Assembly (NCBI GenBank): GCA_950097015.1
Contig: CATNEN010000039.1
Coordinates: 7,688,001-7,752,000, forward strand
DNA length: 64,000 nt
Direction of reading: 5' to 3'
Source of the DNA: Macrostomum hystrix
Taxonomy: Eukaryota; Animalia; Platyhelminthes
In this document: positions 1 through 11,629 of the stretch, piece by piece
Numbering within the stretch: position 1 is the stretch's first letter
How the letters are laid out: each line of letters begins with the position of its first letter
Program-made: the position numbers and the translations under genes
Notes under the pieces: model-generated
Seen by the model: only the letters and a program-made list of their open reading frames with translations
What the model was told of the DNA's origin: nothing
Database searches by the model: none

Positions 1-118
1 GCATTACCAAGCATCGAAGGAGTAAAATGATCTTTTTATGCAACAAGTACTTCAAAGAGAATTAAATCGAAACAGCTGATCGCTAATAACAGCTGAATAA
101 CCGTCACTAATAAACGAG

Positions 119-3100
119 TCAGTGAGTCACGATTTCACCGTACCATTGCGGCGGCGCTCGCGGCCTTGAGCTCACTCGGATCGCTGTCTGGGCTGGCTGC
201 TGCTGTCTCGCTGGGTCTGCCGCCGTCGCCGCCTCCGCGGCTGTCCCGGCTGCGCTGGGAGCCGGCGCTGGCCAGTGCGGCAGCGCTCCGGCTGGCCGCG
301 GTACCCGGACGCAGTTGTCGACGTGCCAGCGGGAGCCATCGCTGAGGATGACGGTGGTCGCGCTCGCAATCCGGGAGATCTGCCGTGGCTCGGACAGGTG
401 GCTGCTCAGCTTGCCGCGGGCGAACGGCCGCTTCACGCGCACCCAGTCGCCGACTATGAACGTGGGCGGCGGCCTCCGGGTCGTGTTGAGCTGATCGAAA
501 ACGCGCTGCTGCCTCCGCTTGATGCTGGCCGCCAGTCTGTGCCGCGCTGTTGTCCTTGGCTGCAGAGCTGTCAACGGGGTGCTGATCTTCCGGCCTGTCA
601 TGAGCTCCGCCGGTGACACTCCAGTCAGTGCATGTGGGGTGGCCCTGTACGACCACAGCAGCGTCTTCACCGCGTCCTTGAAGTCGTAGCCCTCCTCTAG
701 GTGCGTCTTTAGGCCGTCCTTGAGAAAACGGTTGAAGCGCTCTACGGCCGCGTTGCCCTGGGGGTGGTCGTGCGGTGACTGCCGGTGCCGGATGCCGCAG
801 CGCTGAAGAAAATCCTCGAAATCGCCGGACACGAACTGCGGACCTCCGTCTGTTTTAATGCTCTTCGGCAGGCCCCAGCGGCTAAACCACGTTGTCAGGG
901 CGTCGATGACATCCGCGCTTGTGACAGTCGACATGCAGGCAGCCTCCGGCCACTTTGAATGCAAATCGTACAGCACCAGGATGAAGCGACAGGAGTTCGG
1001 TGCAGAGTGCAGCTCCCCGAAGATGTCGAGCTGGAGTTCCTCCCATGGACGCGTCGGCCACTTCGTAGGGGTCAGGACCGTCTTGGGTGGCTTAAAGTTC
1101 TTCTCGCTAAGCAGGCAGGCCTCGCAATGTCGCACAAATTCCTCGATATGCTGATCGATTTGCGGCCACCAGACTGCGTCCCGGCAATGCTGCTTCATTT
1201 TGCTCACGCCGAGGTGCCCGAAATGCGCCAGCTGCAGCGTCTTCTCCCTCAGGGATGCGGGGATTACTGCTCGGGTGCCGTTGGCCAGGCACTTGCCGTC
1301 ATTCCAGAGCGCCAGTTGCGTCCGCATCCTCCAGAACGGCTGCAGCTCCGGCTTCAGCTGCTTGATGGAGTTAGGCCACCCCTGGAGCGTCATTGTGACC
1401 GCATCATTGATCACCGGGTCCTGCAGGGATGCCTCGGCCAGTTCGCTTGGACTGACAATCTCCAGCGCGCCCGACAGCAGTACGGCATTCACTTTGAGCT
1501 CGGTCGAGTCCTCTTCGCTTTGCCTTGGACATTTTGCTCCGAGAGCGCCGTGGCGCGACAAAAAATCTGGCACGATGTTCTTCTTGCCAGGAACGTGGCA
1601 GACTTGGAAGTCGTACGCGAGCAGGCGGTCGGCCCATCGATGAAGCCGCAGAGGCCGGTGGCCGCTGCCTTGAGCCGTCAGCAGCGTCGTCAGAGCCTGG
1701 TGGTCCGTGTGCAGCTCGAATCTCCGGCCGAACAGGAAATAGTGCCATCTCTCGCACGCGAAGATGCACGCGAGAGCCTCTCTCTCTGATGCGGAGTACT
1801 TGCGCTCGGTCGCTGACAGGGTCCTTGACTCGAAAGCGACTGGTCTTCGAACCCCGGCGCTGTCGTCTTGAATCAGCACGGCCCCCAGAGCGTGCGCGGA
1901 GCTGTCGCAGGCCACGATGATCTTGTCGTCGGGACTGAAGAATCGCAAGCATGTTGGGGACACCACCATCTTCTTGAGCCTCCAAAAGGCCTTTTGGCAA
2001 TCTGTTGTCCAGTTCCAGGGCTGCTCTTTGCGAAGTAGCAGCAGCAGCGGCTCGGCGATGTCGGACAAGTTGTGCAGAAAGTTGGAATAGAATTTAACCA
2101 TTCCCAGAAATGAGGCCACTGCCTCGGCGTTCTGGGGCTCCGGCACCGCCTCGATGTCTTCAACGTTAGACTGCATCGGCTGAAGTCCTCTCGCGGAGAC
2201 GATGTAGCCGAGGAACTGCACTGTCTCTGCAGCCCACTGGCACTTTGAGGCGTTGAGCGTGACGCCATGGGCGAGTAGCTTGTCCAGCACTGTCGTGAGC
2301 CGCCGCAGGTGCTCCGCCTCGTTGGCAGCGTGCACCACTATGTCGTCGATGTAGTGCAGCGTCCCGGAACAGCCATGGAGAATCTTGCTGAGAACTTTCT
2401 GGAAGGCCGCCGGGGCGCTGTTTAGGCCATAGCATACGCGCTTGTACCGGTACAGCCCTTTCTCCGTAATGAAGGCCGTTAAGTCCCGCCTATCTTCTGC
2501 TAGCTCCAACTGCAGATACGAAGAATTTAAATCCAGCTTAGTGAACACGGTCGAGCCCTTGAACTCCGTTGTCAGCTCCTCGAATGTCGGCAGCGGCTGC
2601 TTATCCGGAACTATGGCCTTGTTTGGGCACCTGAGGTCATTGCAGACCCTGATTTTGCCATCAGGCTTCGGGACGATCACCAGGTTCGAAATCCACTCTG
2701 AAGCCTGGATCTCCTCGATGATGTCATCCTCCAGCAGCTGGTCAATCTCCGCCTGGACTTTGTCTTTGATGCTAAGTGGGATGCGGCGAAGCGATTGCGC
2801 CACCGGGGGCACGGCGGGGTTCAGCCTGGGCGGGTGCTCGAATCCTCGGATCCGCCCGAGTCCCTGCGTCAGTGGCTTGAAGCGCTCGGCCAGCCAGACC
2901 GGTAGCTCTGCCGTTTTTTCGACTGTGCGCACGAGGTCGCCGTCCTTGTCCACCACCTGGAAGCTGAGGTGCTGCATCAGATCCGTTCCCATGATGTCGG
3001 AGCCTTGCCGTACCACGGTAAAGCAGAAAAATGGCACCAGCTGGCCGCGATAGCTGACGGACAGCACCGCCTCGCCGACGACATCGATTGCCTTGCCGTT

Positions 3101-4114
3101 GTACGCGATGAGTTTCTTGGTCGACGGCTGGAGTGGCGACCGGTTTCCGAGCTTCCTGAAGGTCCTCTCTGACAGGATGGACACCTTGGCTCCCGAGTCT
3201 ACAAGCAGATTCAGCCAGATGCCATGCACCTTCAGCCGGCAGCGGATGTCGGGACTGGCGGCGCCGCGCACCATGTACACGGCTTGGCCGCTCTCGTCCA
3301 TGACCTCGGCGACCTTGGCGCCCTGCGACCTGCACATCCGGCCGAAATGGTTCGCCTTCCCGCAGACATGACAACTCTTGCCTTCAGCTGGACACCGGGC
3401 TCGTCTGTTGTGCCCGCCTCCGCACTTGGAGCATGACTCTCGATCTGGTCGCCCTTGTCCTGTGTTCTTCCTGTCTGGTTGTAGTCGGACTCTCTTCACC
3501 TCTTCTTCCAGCTGTGCTCCGGCCGCGGCTGCGCCTTCCGTCTCTATCGCGCTGGCCTCAGCGATGCTGGTCTCCCATTGCTGGCTCAGCGTCACTGCCT
3601 TCTGCAGCGTCAGGCCGTCCTCGATCAGCAAGCGCTCTCGAATTCGCCTGTCGCTGACCTTCTCCACGATCTGGTCGCGGATCATTTCTTCCATCATGTC
3701 GCGGAACTCACATGAGCCAGCCAGAGCATACAGAGCCGCCACGAAGTCCGCAATCTTTTCACCCGGACGCTGACTGCGCTGCCGAAACTTGTGGCGCTCC
3801 GCCACCACGTTGACTTTGGGTCCGAACTGCTCGTCCAGAATCGCGACTGTCGCCGCGAGTTCTGTCGGACTCGGCCTCTTCGTTGCTGCCACAGCCGCAA
3901 AGACTCGCTGCCCTTCCGCGCCAAGGCAGTGCAGCAACAGCGCGCGCCGCCTAGCTTCCGGCAAAGTGTCGTAGCCGGCCGCAAGTAAGTAGTTCTCAAA
4001 GAGGGCCTTCCACTCTTTCCACGGCCTCGCCGGTCGGCCCGGCTGCGGCAGGAATTGATCCGGCGGCGATACGCTGATCCGCGGCGCTTCTGCTGAGTTG
4101 CTGTCACTCGTCAT
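119..4114 (-). CDS. Ty3/Gypsy (Mag-like) Gag-Pol polyprotein, intact single ORF
   Basis: 1331-aa ORF with zinc knuckles (CSKCGGGH..C, CHVCGKANHFGRMC), protease VDSGA, RT (KLDL..SYLQ, YIDD), RNase H (CDSS, TDH) and an HHCC/DDE integrase, in Gypsy order PR-RT-RH-IN. Confidence 0.95.
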   Translation of the reverse strand: MTSDSNSAEAPRISVSPPDQFLPQPGRPARPWKEWKALFENYLLAAGYDTLPEARRRALLLHCLGAEGQRVFAAVAATKRPSPTELAATVAILDEQFGPKVNVVAERHKFRQRSQRPGEKIADFVAALYALAGSCEFRDMMEEMIRDQIVEKVSDRRIRERLLIEDGLTLQKAVTLSQQWETSIAEASAIETEGAAAAGAQLEEEVKRVRLQPDRKNTGQGRPDRESCSKCGGGHNRRARCPAEGKSCHVCGKANHFGRMCRSQGAKVAEVMDESGQAVYMVRGAASPDIRCRLKVHGIWLNLLVDSGAKVSILSERTFRKLGNRSPLQPSTKKLIAYNGKAIDVVGEAVLSVSYRGQLVPFFCFTVVRQGSDIMGTDLMQHLSFQVVDKDGDLVRTVEKTAELPVWLAERFKPLTQGLGRIRGFEHPPRLNPAVPPVAQSLRRIPLSIKDKVQAEIDQLLEDDIIEEIQASEWISNLVIVPKPDGKIRVCNDLRCPNKAIVPDKQPLPTFEELTTEFKGSTVFTKLDLNSSYLQLELAEDRRDLTAFITEKGLYRYKRVCYGLNSAPAAFQKVLSKILHGCSGTLHYIDDIVVHAANEAEHLRRLTTVLDKLLAHGVTLNASKCQWAAETVQFLGYIVSARGLQPMQSNVEDIEAVPEPQNAEAVASFLGMVKFYSNFLHNLSDIAEPLLLLLRKEQPWNWTTDCQKAFWRLKKMVVSPTCLRFFSPDDKIIVACDSSAHALGAVLIQDDSAGVRRPVAFESRTLSATERKYSASEREALACIFACERWHYFLFGRRFELHTDHQALTTLLTAQGSGHRPLRLHRWADRLLAYDFQVCHVPGKKNIVPDFLSRHGALGAKCPRQSEEDSTELKVNAVLLSGALEIVSPSELAEASLQDPVINDAVTMTLQGWPNSIKQLKPELQPFWRMRTQLALWNDGKCLANGTRAVIPASLREKTLQLAHFGHLGVSKMKQHCRDAVWWPQIDQHIEEFVRHCEACLLSEKNFKPPKTVLTPTKWPTRPWEELQLDIFGELHSAPNSCRFILVLYDLHSKWPEAACMSTVTSADVIDALTTWFSRWGLPKSIKTDGGPQFVSGDFEDFLQRCGIRHRQSPHDHPQGNAAVERFNRFLKDGLKTHLEEGYDFKDAVKTLLWSYRATPHALTGVSPAELMTGRKISTPLTALQPRTTARHRLAASIKRRQQRVFDQLNTTRRPPPTFIVGDWVRVKRPFARGKLSSHLSEPRQISRIASATTVILSDGSRWHVDNCVRVPRPAGALPHWPAPAPSAAGTAAEAATAADPARQQQPAQTAIRVSSRPRAPPQWYGEIVTH

Positions 4115-5077
4115 GTTTCAGTTTGCACTTTTGCAGTTTGGCGCTGTTGTTTACGCTTGTCTTTACTTCGAGTGAATTAAGAAGCGAAGCGAGTTGAAGT
4201 CATGCAATTAATTGAATCTTCGCAGCAAGAACCCGTTCATACGGCCAAACCTCAAACGAGACAGAGAGCGCAATGGGGGATGACTCACAAAGGCCCAGAG
4301 GGCCAGACATTATATTTGAACTTAACACTAGCGGCTAGAGAGAAGCGATCGATAGTAAGGATAGGGTTAAACCCCGCCTCAGATGTACATAGGCAGACAA
4401 AGGAAAGCGACGAAAGGGGGGTTGGGGTACATTCGTGGAGAGTAGCAGGGGCAGGGGGAAGGAGGGGGTGCAGCGATAAAGAAAAGAGAGACACAATCAG
4501 AGCAAGTACAAACAAGTCGCGTAACCAAAAGTCGCTACACTCCCCCAAATGACAAAGACTTTGTCATTTCGAGCTCGAACTAAGCATGAATCAATTGAAC
4601 AAGGGCAACGGAACAAAAAAACGACAATTTTGAGAGACTGAAAGGGACACAAGTACGAGCATTGACGAAAAATAAATGTTTCCTCCACGAAGATTAAGCA
4701 ATGACCTACGATTTTACGAGTAGATAAATTAGTTGGCCAAAAATTAACAAAACTGACAACGACCTAGCCGACAGAAATTATATTGAAATTTACGTTACAA
4801 GTACGTTCACGAGTCACGAGTCCCTCATTAACATATTGAATGATGATATGATAATTTGCAACCGAGTTGTGACGCAAAAAATAAATGACTGAATGATAAC
4901 TACCGGGTACAAATGAGGGTCAGGGAAGCAAAAAAGGGTAAGTGAATGAGAACAGATGGAAACGCGATAACAAGAGTCGAGAACAAAAAATGAGCAAAAA
5001 TTATCAAGGTAGCTGATCTCGCACCAATGAACAGAACAGAAAGATTTAGAGAAACAGAGATCCGAGACGGAGACGGA

Positions 5078-8000
5078 TTAGATGCACAATTCAAGAGGAA
5101 TGAGAGCTTGGACAGGCCGTCTGATGCGCTCAGCCCCCCGAGAGCCCCTTTCCTTCGCCAGACGTACAACTGCGGAACGAACGGCACCATCTCGACCCTC
5201 ACGGACAGACTCTACCACACCCATCTTCCATTGCAGTCTTGGCTGATGCGGCTCTCCCTGAACCAAAACGACGTCTCCGGGTTTTGCAACTGGTCCTCCT
5301 CCATGCGACTTGAGCGCTTTCTCACGCAGGGCGGTGACATATGACGTTTTCCATACATCCCAAAAAACATTCAACGCTCTTCTGAGATGTTTGAGTCGAG
5401 CTGGCAATGGCAGGACGTTGGCGATACGGTTCGACGAGAGAGTTGGCTCCTGAGTCAACCGAGTTCCGAAGAGAAAGTGCGCAGGCGTCAATACGTCGTT
5501 GATCTCATCCGCCGACACATACATAAGTGGTCGACTGTTCACCACAGATTCCATTTCGATAACCGAAGTTGATAGCTCATCGAATGTTAGCAGAGCTTTG
5601 CCAATGCTCTTTTTCAATCCATCCTTAACGATTCCAACGAGTCTTTCCCAAAATCCGCCCCACCACGGGGCCTTCTCCGGAATGAACTCCCAAGAGATTT
5701 TCTTGTTAGCACAGAATGATTGAACTTCATAGCTGGTGCTAGCTCCAAGAATATTCGCGGCAGCCTTGAACGTCTTGGCATTGTCACTGATGATGGAAGG
5801 TATTCCGCGACGACTGACAAAACGACGTAATCCATTCAAGAACTGCGATGCGGTCATGTCAGGAATCAGTTCCAGATGCACTGCGCGAGTCGATGAGCAT
5901 GTGAGAAGTAGAATGTACGCCTTCCGAGAGTCACAACCATCCTCCCCCGTCCGATAGAATATCGGACCACAGTAGTCCACGCCGACTGATTGAAAGGGTC
6001 GGATGTCGGAAAGGCGAAACTCAGGTAGCTGAGAGATCTGAGGTACAACGTATGAGCGTCCTTGTACCTTCCTACACACCACACACTTCGATAGTTCTTG
6101 CTTAGTTCGTTGACGTCCCTTCAGAATCCAATATTTTTCACGAACTTTACTAAGCGTTGAGGCAACTCCCCCGTGAGCAACGGACTGATGAGCTTGTCGA
6201 ATAATGAGCTGCTCCAAGTGACTGTGGCGAGGTACTAAGATAGGATTATTAACTTCGAAGGACAGTGCGGAGATACGACCTTGTGAACGCAAAAGTCCCT
6301 TATCATCTAACCACAGATTCAAGTTCCTGTTCAGATGTGTTGCAGCAGAGCTACGCCGAATGTGATCGATTTCCTTTGAAAACGATTCCCTTTGACTTGA
6401 CCTTACCAATAGGATTTCTGCATCAGTCAACTCTTCGGCGGTCACCGTCCTTGATCTATTGACTAACGATTGAGCTCGAGCACTCCGTAGGTTGCGGACA
6501 AATCTTTGTACCCATGCTAGGACGCGTAAAACTCTCGAATAGTTCGAAAACTTGCCGATGTCAATGATTAAAGAGATACGATCGACGTTCTTAGATTCCA
6601 TGGGCTGTTCAGCGACTGTTGATAGTGCTTCTGCAGAGTTATGATCTTCCGCGACTGCGCTCGAATGCTTATCTTCAGACGAAACTGGGTAGATGCCTGA
6701 TCGAAGAAATTCGGGACCACTAAACCACACCTTGTTTTTCTGTAGCTGCCCTGGAAGACAGCCTCGAGATGGCAGGTCGGCGGGGTTCAGTTCCCCGGGA
6801 ACATGTCGCCACTCGGACGTTGACGTGAGAGTCCGGATCTCCTTAACGCGGTTTTGAACGAAAACTTGGCGAAGCTTGTCGGTGTTGGTGATCCACTGCA
6901 GAGTTGTCTTGCTGTCTGTCCAGAGATAACGCGTCATGCTGGGAAATTGCAAAGACACCGTGCGTATTAGACGAGCTAAGATTAGGGCTCCTAGCAGTTC
7001 TAGTCTAGCGATGCTAAGATTTGATAGCGGTGCCACGCGCGTTTTGGCCTGAATTAAATGCGTTGAAACGTTGTTTGTTTCCGACCGGGCCTGAATGTAG
7101 ACACAGGCAGCGTAAGCAGATTCGCTTGCATCACAGAATCCATGTAATTCCATTCGAACTGGCTCCGAATCGAGATCGGCGAAAAGGTAGCGAGGAACTT
7201 CGAAGCGTGAGCTCGACAACGACTGTAACCAACGGTTCCAACTCTCGGCGATATCTGGCGGAAGTTCGTCGTCCCAACCCGACTTGCGAACACACAGTTT
7301 CTGTAGCATCACCTTGACAACAGTCAAAGAGGGTGACAAGATTCCTAACGGATCGTACACAGACGCAAGTACTCCTAGCATCGACCTCTTGGTTGAAGAG
7401 GATCCGTTGACGTGGGTAACTAGTTCAGAAAACTGCATGACGAATGTGTCCCTGACCGAGTCCCAGTGGAGTCCAAGCACTTTTTCTGTATGACCAACAT
7501 CCTGATCGGGTAGCGAGCTGTTGAACGAATCTGAGTTGGATTTCCACTGTTGCATATTCATGCCAGCCAGGTTGAAGATATTTTTTGCATCTTTGTAGAG
7601 ATTGAATGCGTCACTTAGAGATTTACAGCTTGTCACTAAATTGTCGACGTACAAGTCTTTGCGAATAATCTCAGCGGCGAGTGGAAAATTATTCTTCTGG
7701 CTATCAATGTGTTGAAGGACCGTAGCTCTCAAGACACCAGGAGAGCAAGTAAGACCGAACGGCAATCTACAGAAGCGATAGTGAAAAACCTTGTCCGACT
7801 CACTCGGGTTAGTCCACAGAAATCTCAGATAGTCTCTGTCCTCACTATCGATGGCAATCTGCAAGAAGGCCTTTTCTATGTCTCCTATGATGGCGATCAG
7901 ATGTTTGCGAAATCTCATCAGAATTTCTGGGATCAGAGGTACATCAGTCGGACCAGCTTGAAGAAGATCATTGATTGAGAAGTCGCCTGTTCGAAGTCTG

Positions 8001-10411
8001 GCAGATCCATCAAACACAATACGTATCTTTGTGTGCTCACTGTCTGACTTTATGACGTGGTGATGAGGCATATAATGACAAGTGTTCTTGCCAAGATCTT
8101 TCTCGGGCACCTTCTCGATTATGCCAGAAGCTTCCTGTTCCGAAATGATTCCGCTATACTTTGTCAGAGTCTCTGGATCCTTCCTCAGAGCACGAGTTGT
8201 GGACGACAGTCTACTGTACGCCATGTCGAAGTGATCATCCAACGGCACTGAGCCTTCTGGGTATTTCCATGGTAGACTGACGCTGTACCGACCGTTCTCG
8301 AGCCTTGGATTACAGATAAACGAACCCTCCGTGGAATCATCCTTTTGCTCACTGATCCCTAGTGCTTCAAGTCGCCAGAATGAAGAGAGGTCACACTTCG
8401 ACGAGTCAGTTGTGACAAAGGCATCATCAGGAGTAGCGCAGCACAAGGTCTGAGCCGTACTACAATCAGCTGAATCTTCGGAAACGATAGGCTCATCCTT
8501 GGCTGACCCATCGATCGCTAGAGGACCACAGAGAAGGAATCCTAGCTTAGAGGAAATGGCGACTGGTCCTGAGGTGCCACGAATCACGTTGTCGCCTACA
8601 ATTTGGAAGTATTGATCTGAGCCTACGAGGATCGAGATTGGAGTACTGATGTCACGTGGGTCATATGGATCCGCTAGGTCTACATCACGAAGGTGTTGAA
8701 ACGAATTGACGATAACTGAAGTCTGAGGCTGACAGATCTGCTTTACGACATTAGCTTCCAGTCTGATGATCTCCATGGAGTCAACCTTGCGAATGTGGAA
8801 TTTCACTCTTGAAGAGTTCACCGTCGTAGCGATTCCAGAAAAGGCAGAGACTTTCAAACTTTCCTCGGCAAACCGTTCAAACTGGAGCAAGTCGCATACG
8901 TCTTCTCGAATATACGACCGATTGCTTGCGGTATCCAGCAGAACCCTCACCAGCAGTTCTCGACGTCCGTCAGGAGCAATCAGAATTGCCTTTGCAACTG
9001 GAAGAGCGACAGCGGGGTTACGATTGATGAACATGGAGAGAGCAAAGTTTCCTTCCGTTGAAACCACAGATTCAGGTTCACTCTGTGCCGCGTTCGTACT
9101 CCCAGTCTGCACCTGCCGAATGACGTCCTTCTTCGCATTGGCAAAGGTCTTGTTCTGGACCGCGCCACTCTTGACTGTCGAATCGATACTCTTTGCTTTC
9201 ATTTTGAAGCCCGACCCCTGTCCATCTGACAGGCCACAATTGCAGATGCTGACATGGTGAGCGCCTGAACAGTTTCTGCATCGCCGGGAATCATGACACG
9301 TCCTTGATGAATGACCTGACCTGAGGCACCGAAAGCAACGCTGCTCCTTCTTCAGAAATTCGATTCGAGCATCCACCGAGACCAACTTCGAACACTTCTC
9401 AGATGTATGGTCCGAGCCACAGTACGTACAAAAGATCTTCATGACAGCTTGTCGATCATTTCGTGACTGCACGGTTAACGTTGCAAGCGAAGACTTTGGT
9501 TGAAGGCAATGTCGACTGGCTTCTGAGTTGCTCGATTTCTTACCGCCCACTGCTGCGTTCTCTCGAACTTGAATTTCCGTCTGTAGAAACTCCAGCAGAA
9601 CAGCCATGTTGTTGATTTCTTTCTTCGACAGGCTCGCGCACTTCATTAGGTCGAGACGAAATTCATTTGGACACTTACGAAGCAGATTAGGCAACAGCAA
9701 TGCCTCATAAGCCGACGACATTACTCCCTGAACTTCCAAGCTTCGAACGGCAGCAGCTATGTCATCGTGAAACGAACGTAAGCCTGCTAATGACACCTCT
9801 GATAGGTGAATATCTGACAGTTGGTTCATTAGACTTCGAATTACCAGATCTGATTTACCAAAGCGTTGATGTAGAAGATCGATAGCTACCTTGTAATTAG
9901 CTGAAGTAACACTTAGTCCACGAATGCAGGACTTGGCTGATTCAGAGAGCGAATCCAAGAGGTAATTAAACTTGTCGATGTCCGATAGCTGATTATTCGA
10001 ATCGATTGACGAGGAGAACTGATCCCAATACGTTTGCCATGACGTCACCGTGCCGTCAAATGTAGGGATATGACGTTTCGGCAGTTTGACCTGAGGTCCA
10101 GATGTTACAGACTTAGTCGCATTTGATAATGATTTCTCTAACAATCTGACGTACTTCCGACACCTGAATGCATACTCATCAGCTTCTTCTTGTTCACGAC
10201 TCAGCTTTTCCTCTTCCATCTGACTCTGAATGTCCAGGTCCAATTCCTCCATCAATCCCAGTTTCTGCTTCAGAGTATCAATGCATGCTTCCGCTTCAGC
10301 GTTTATTTTGTCATCACGTCCACTTCCAGCTGACAGCCACTTCTCTGCTCGATTTATGGTCTTTGTCACAACGGACCGAATGGCCGCTCTCTTTCTGATG
10401 GCTTCATCCAT
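5078..10411 (-). CDS. BEL/Pao Gag-Pol polyprotein, intact
   Basis: 1777-aa ORF: Pao-type gag (IPTFDG..W..YWDQF), three Cys/His knuckles, protease LLDTAS, RT (DIEKAF, RLPFGL, YVDN), RNase H (LHGFCDAS, IARLEL, WTDS), integrase (VDYCGP, SDNA, PWWGGFWER). Confidence 0.95.
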   Translation of the reverse strand: MDEAIRKRAAIRSVVTKTINRAEKWLSAGSGRDDKINAEAEACIDTLKQKLGLMEELDLDIQSQMEEEKLSREQEEADEYAFRCRKYVRLLEKSLSNATKSVTSGPQVKLPKRHIPTFDGTVTSWQTYWDQFSSSIDSNNQLSDIDKFNYLLDSLSESAKSCIRGLSVTSANYKVAIDLLHQRFGKSDLVIRSLMNQLSDIHLSEVSLAGLRSFHDDIAAAVRSLEVQGVMSSAYEALLLPNLLRKCPNEFRLDLMKCASLSKKEINNMAVLLEFLQTEIQVRENAAVGGKKSSNSEASRHCLQPKSSLATLTVQSRNDRQAVMKIFCTYCGSDHTSEKCSKLVSVDARIEFLKKEQRCFRCLRSGHSSRTCHDSRRCRNCSGAHHVSICNCGLSDGQGSGFKMKAKSIDSTVKSGAVQNKTFANAKKDVIRQVQTGSTNAAQSEPESVVSTEGNFALSMFINRNPAVALPVAKAILIAPDGRRELLVRVLLDTASNRSYIREDVCDLLQFERFAEESLKVSAFSGIATTVNSSRVKFHIRKVDSMEIIRLEANVVKQICQPQTSVIVNSFQHLRDVDLADPYDPRDISTPISILVGSDQYFQIVGDNVIRGTSGPVAISSKLGFLLCGPLAIDGSAKDEPIVSEDSADCSTAQTLCCATPDDAFVTTDSSKCDLSSFWRLEALGISEQKDDSTEGSFICNPRLENGRYSVSLPWKYPEGSVPLDDHFDMAYSRLSSTTRALRKDPETLTKYSGIISEQEASGIIEKVPEKDLGKNTCHYMPHHHVIKSDSEHTKIRIVFDGSARLRTGDFSINDLLQAGPTDVPLIPEILMRFRKHLIAIIGDIEKAFLQIAIDSEDRDYLRFLWTNPSESDKVFHYRFCRLPFGLTCSPGVLRATVLQHIDSQKNNFPLAAEIIRKDLYVDNLVTSCKSLSDAFNLYKDAKNIFNLAGMNMQQWKSNSDSFNSSLPDQDVGHTEKVLGLHWDSVRDTFVMQFSELVTHVNGSSSTKRSMLGVLASVYDPLGILSPSLTVVKVMLQKLCVRKSGWDDELPPDIAESWNRWLQSLSSSRFEVPRYLFADLDSEPVRMELHGFCDASESAYAACVYIQARSETNNVSTHLIQAKTRVAPLSNLSIARLELLGALILARLIRTVSLQFPSMTRYLWTDSKTTLQWITNTDKLRQVFVQNRVKEIRTLTSTSEWRHVPGELNPADLPSRGCLPGQLQKNKVWFSGPEFLRSGIYPVSSEDKHSSAVAEDHNSAEALSTVAEQPMESKNVDRISLIIDIGKFSNYSRVLRVLAWVQRFVRNLRSARAQSLVNRSRTVTAEELTDAEILLVRSSQRESFSKEIDHIRRSSAATHLNRNLNLWLDDKGLLRSQGRISALSFEVNNPILVPRHSHLEQLIIRQAHQSVAHGGVASTLSKVREKYWILKGRQRTKQELSKCVVCRKVQGRSYVVPQISQLPEFRLSDIRPFQSVGVDYCGPIFYRTGEDGCDSRKAYILLLTCSSTRAVHLELIPDMTASQFLNGLRRFVSRRGIPSIISDNAKTFKAAANILGASTSYEVQSFCANKKISWEFIPEKAPWWGGFWERLVGIVKDGLKKSIGKALLTFDELSTSVIEMESVVNSRPLMYVSADEINDVLTPAHFLFGTRLTQEPTLSSNRIANVLPLPARLKHLRRALNVFWDVWKTSYVTALREKALKSHGGGPVAKPGDVVLVQGEPHQPRLQWKMGVVESVREGRDGAVRSAVVRLAKERGSRGAERIRRPVQALIPLELCI

Positions 10412-10769
10412 TGACCACCTTGGCGAAAGTGCGTCTGGCTAAGATCGGAACCCCAAGGAGAAGAGCGCAACGGATGCCGCAAGCGGATACAGCAAGACCT
10501 TGAAGTGGTGAAGAAAAAAAGGCAGAGAAAGACTCAAAGGACAGAGAAAGCAACAGAAGAATTTTAGCTTTGAGATGCGTGAAGAACAAAATAACAATAA
10601 GAGCAAAAACACACGTTTGAGTTACAAGATAACGAGAAACCGCGTAAAAAATAACGCCAGCGAGTACAGATGATAAATATAGGATTGCGATCAGTAAAAT
10701 ATATTATTACTTATCTCGACAGTTCAGTTAATTGATGAGACAGTCACGAAATAGGGAGACAGACACCAG

Positions 10770-10927
10770 CCGGTATGCGAGGGAGCGAGCGAGGCCGGCA
10801 GGCGTGAGCCAGTAGACGGGAGAGCGAACGAAGCCGGCAGGCAGGTGAAGAAGCGAGCGAGGCCGGCAGCAGACGAAGAGGCGAGCGAGACCGGCAGCAT
10901 ACAAAGAGGTGAGCGAGACCGTCGGCA
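10770..10927. repeat. Degenerate tandem repeats in the BEL 5' UTR
   Basis: About 5 imperfect copies of GAGCGAGCGAGGCCGGCAG. Confidence 0.6.
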
Positions 10928-11629
10928 ACTTCGACCGAATCGATGAGAATACGACTGACGACTTACTTTTCTAGAGGGCTTATTTTCGTTCGGGCGCCAT
11001 GTCTTTACTTCGAGTGAATTAAGAAGCGAAGCGAGTTGAAGTCATGCAATTAATTGAATCTTCGCAGCAAGAACCCGTTCATACGGCCAAACCTCAAACG
11101 AGACAGAGAGCGCAATGGGGGATGACTCACAAAGGCCCAGAGGGCCAGACATTATATTTGAACTTAACACTAGCGGCTAGAGAGAAGCGATCGATAGTAA
11201 GGATAGGGTTAAACCCCGCCTCAGATGTACATAGGCAGACAAAGGAAAGCGACGAAAGGGGGGTTGGGGTACATTCGTGGAGAGTAGCAGGGGCAGGGGG
11301 AAGGAGGGGGTGCAGCGATAAAGAAAAGAGAGACACAATCAGAGCAAGTACAAACAAGTCGCGTAACCAAAAGTCGCTACAACGCTTGGCTTGGCAGGCT
11401 TGCAGTCACTTCACTTCAGTCTACTCCGACCCCGGCTTATTGGGGTGGGTGTTCGCTTGAGCTTGCGATGCCAATGTTGTATATGAATAGTAGCGAGTCA
11501 GCCAAGTTAGTATCCGAAACTTTCACGCCAAGTTGGCTCTCAGTATTTGGACTATATATATTCTGCGCCAATCGATATCAGAGGTGTACATGTACGAACT
11601 ATGTACGTGCATTAATCAACTGCACAACA

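Larger units (their letters stand above)
4158..11381 (-). mobile_element. Full-length BEL/Pao LTR retrotransposon, recent insertion
   Basis: Two apparently identical 382-bp TG...CA LTRs (4158-4539, 11000-11381), 5-bp TSD ACGCT (4153-4157, 11382-11386), PBS TGGCGCCCGAAC (minus, ending 10999), PPT GGGGGAG (4540-4546). Confidence 0.96.
1..11629 (-). mobile_element. Ty3/Gypsy LTR retrotransposon; 3' LTR lies left of the window; 5' UTR interrupted by the BEL/Pao element
   Basis: Gag-pol ORF. The 5' UTR resumes after the BEL TSD at 11387. PBS-like TGGCATCGCAAGC (minus, 11461-11473) sits next to a short LTR with TGTTGT...ACAACA ends (11475 to about 11629). The second LTR is not visible, so the LTR end is inferred. 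Confidence 0.75.

Noticed and set aside
135-10442. Many short overlapping ORFs within the two retrotransposon genes
   Set aside because: Shadow frames of GC-rich coding sequence.
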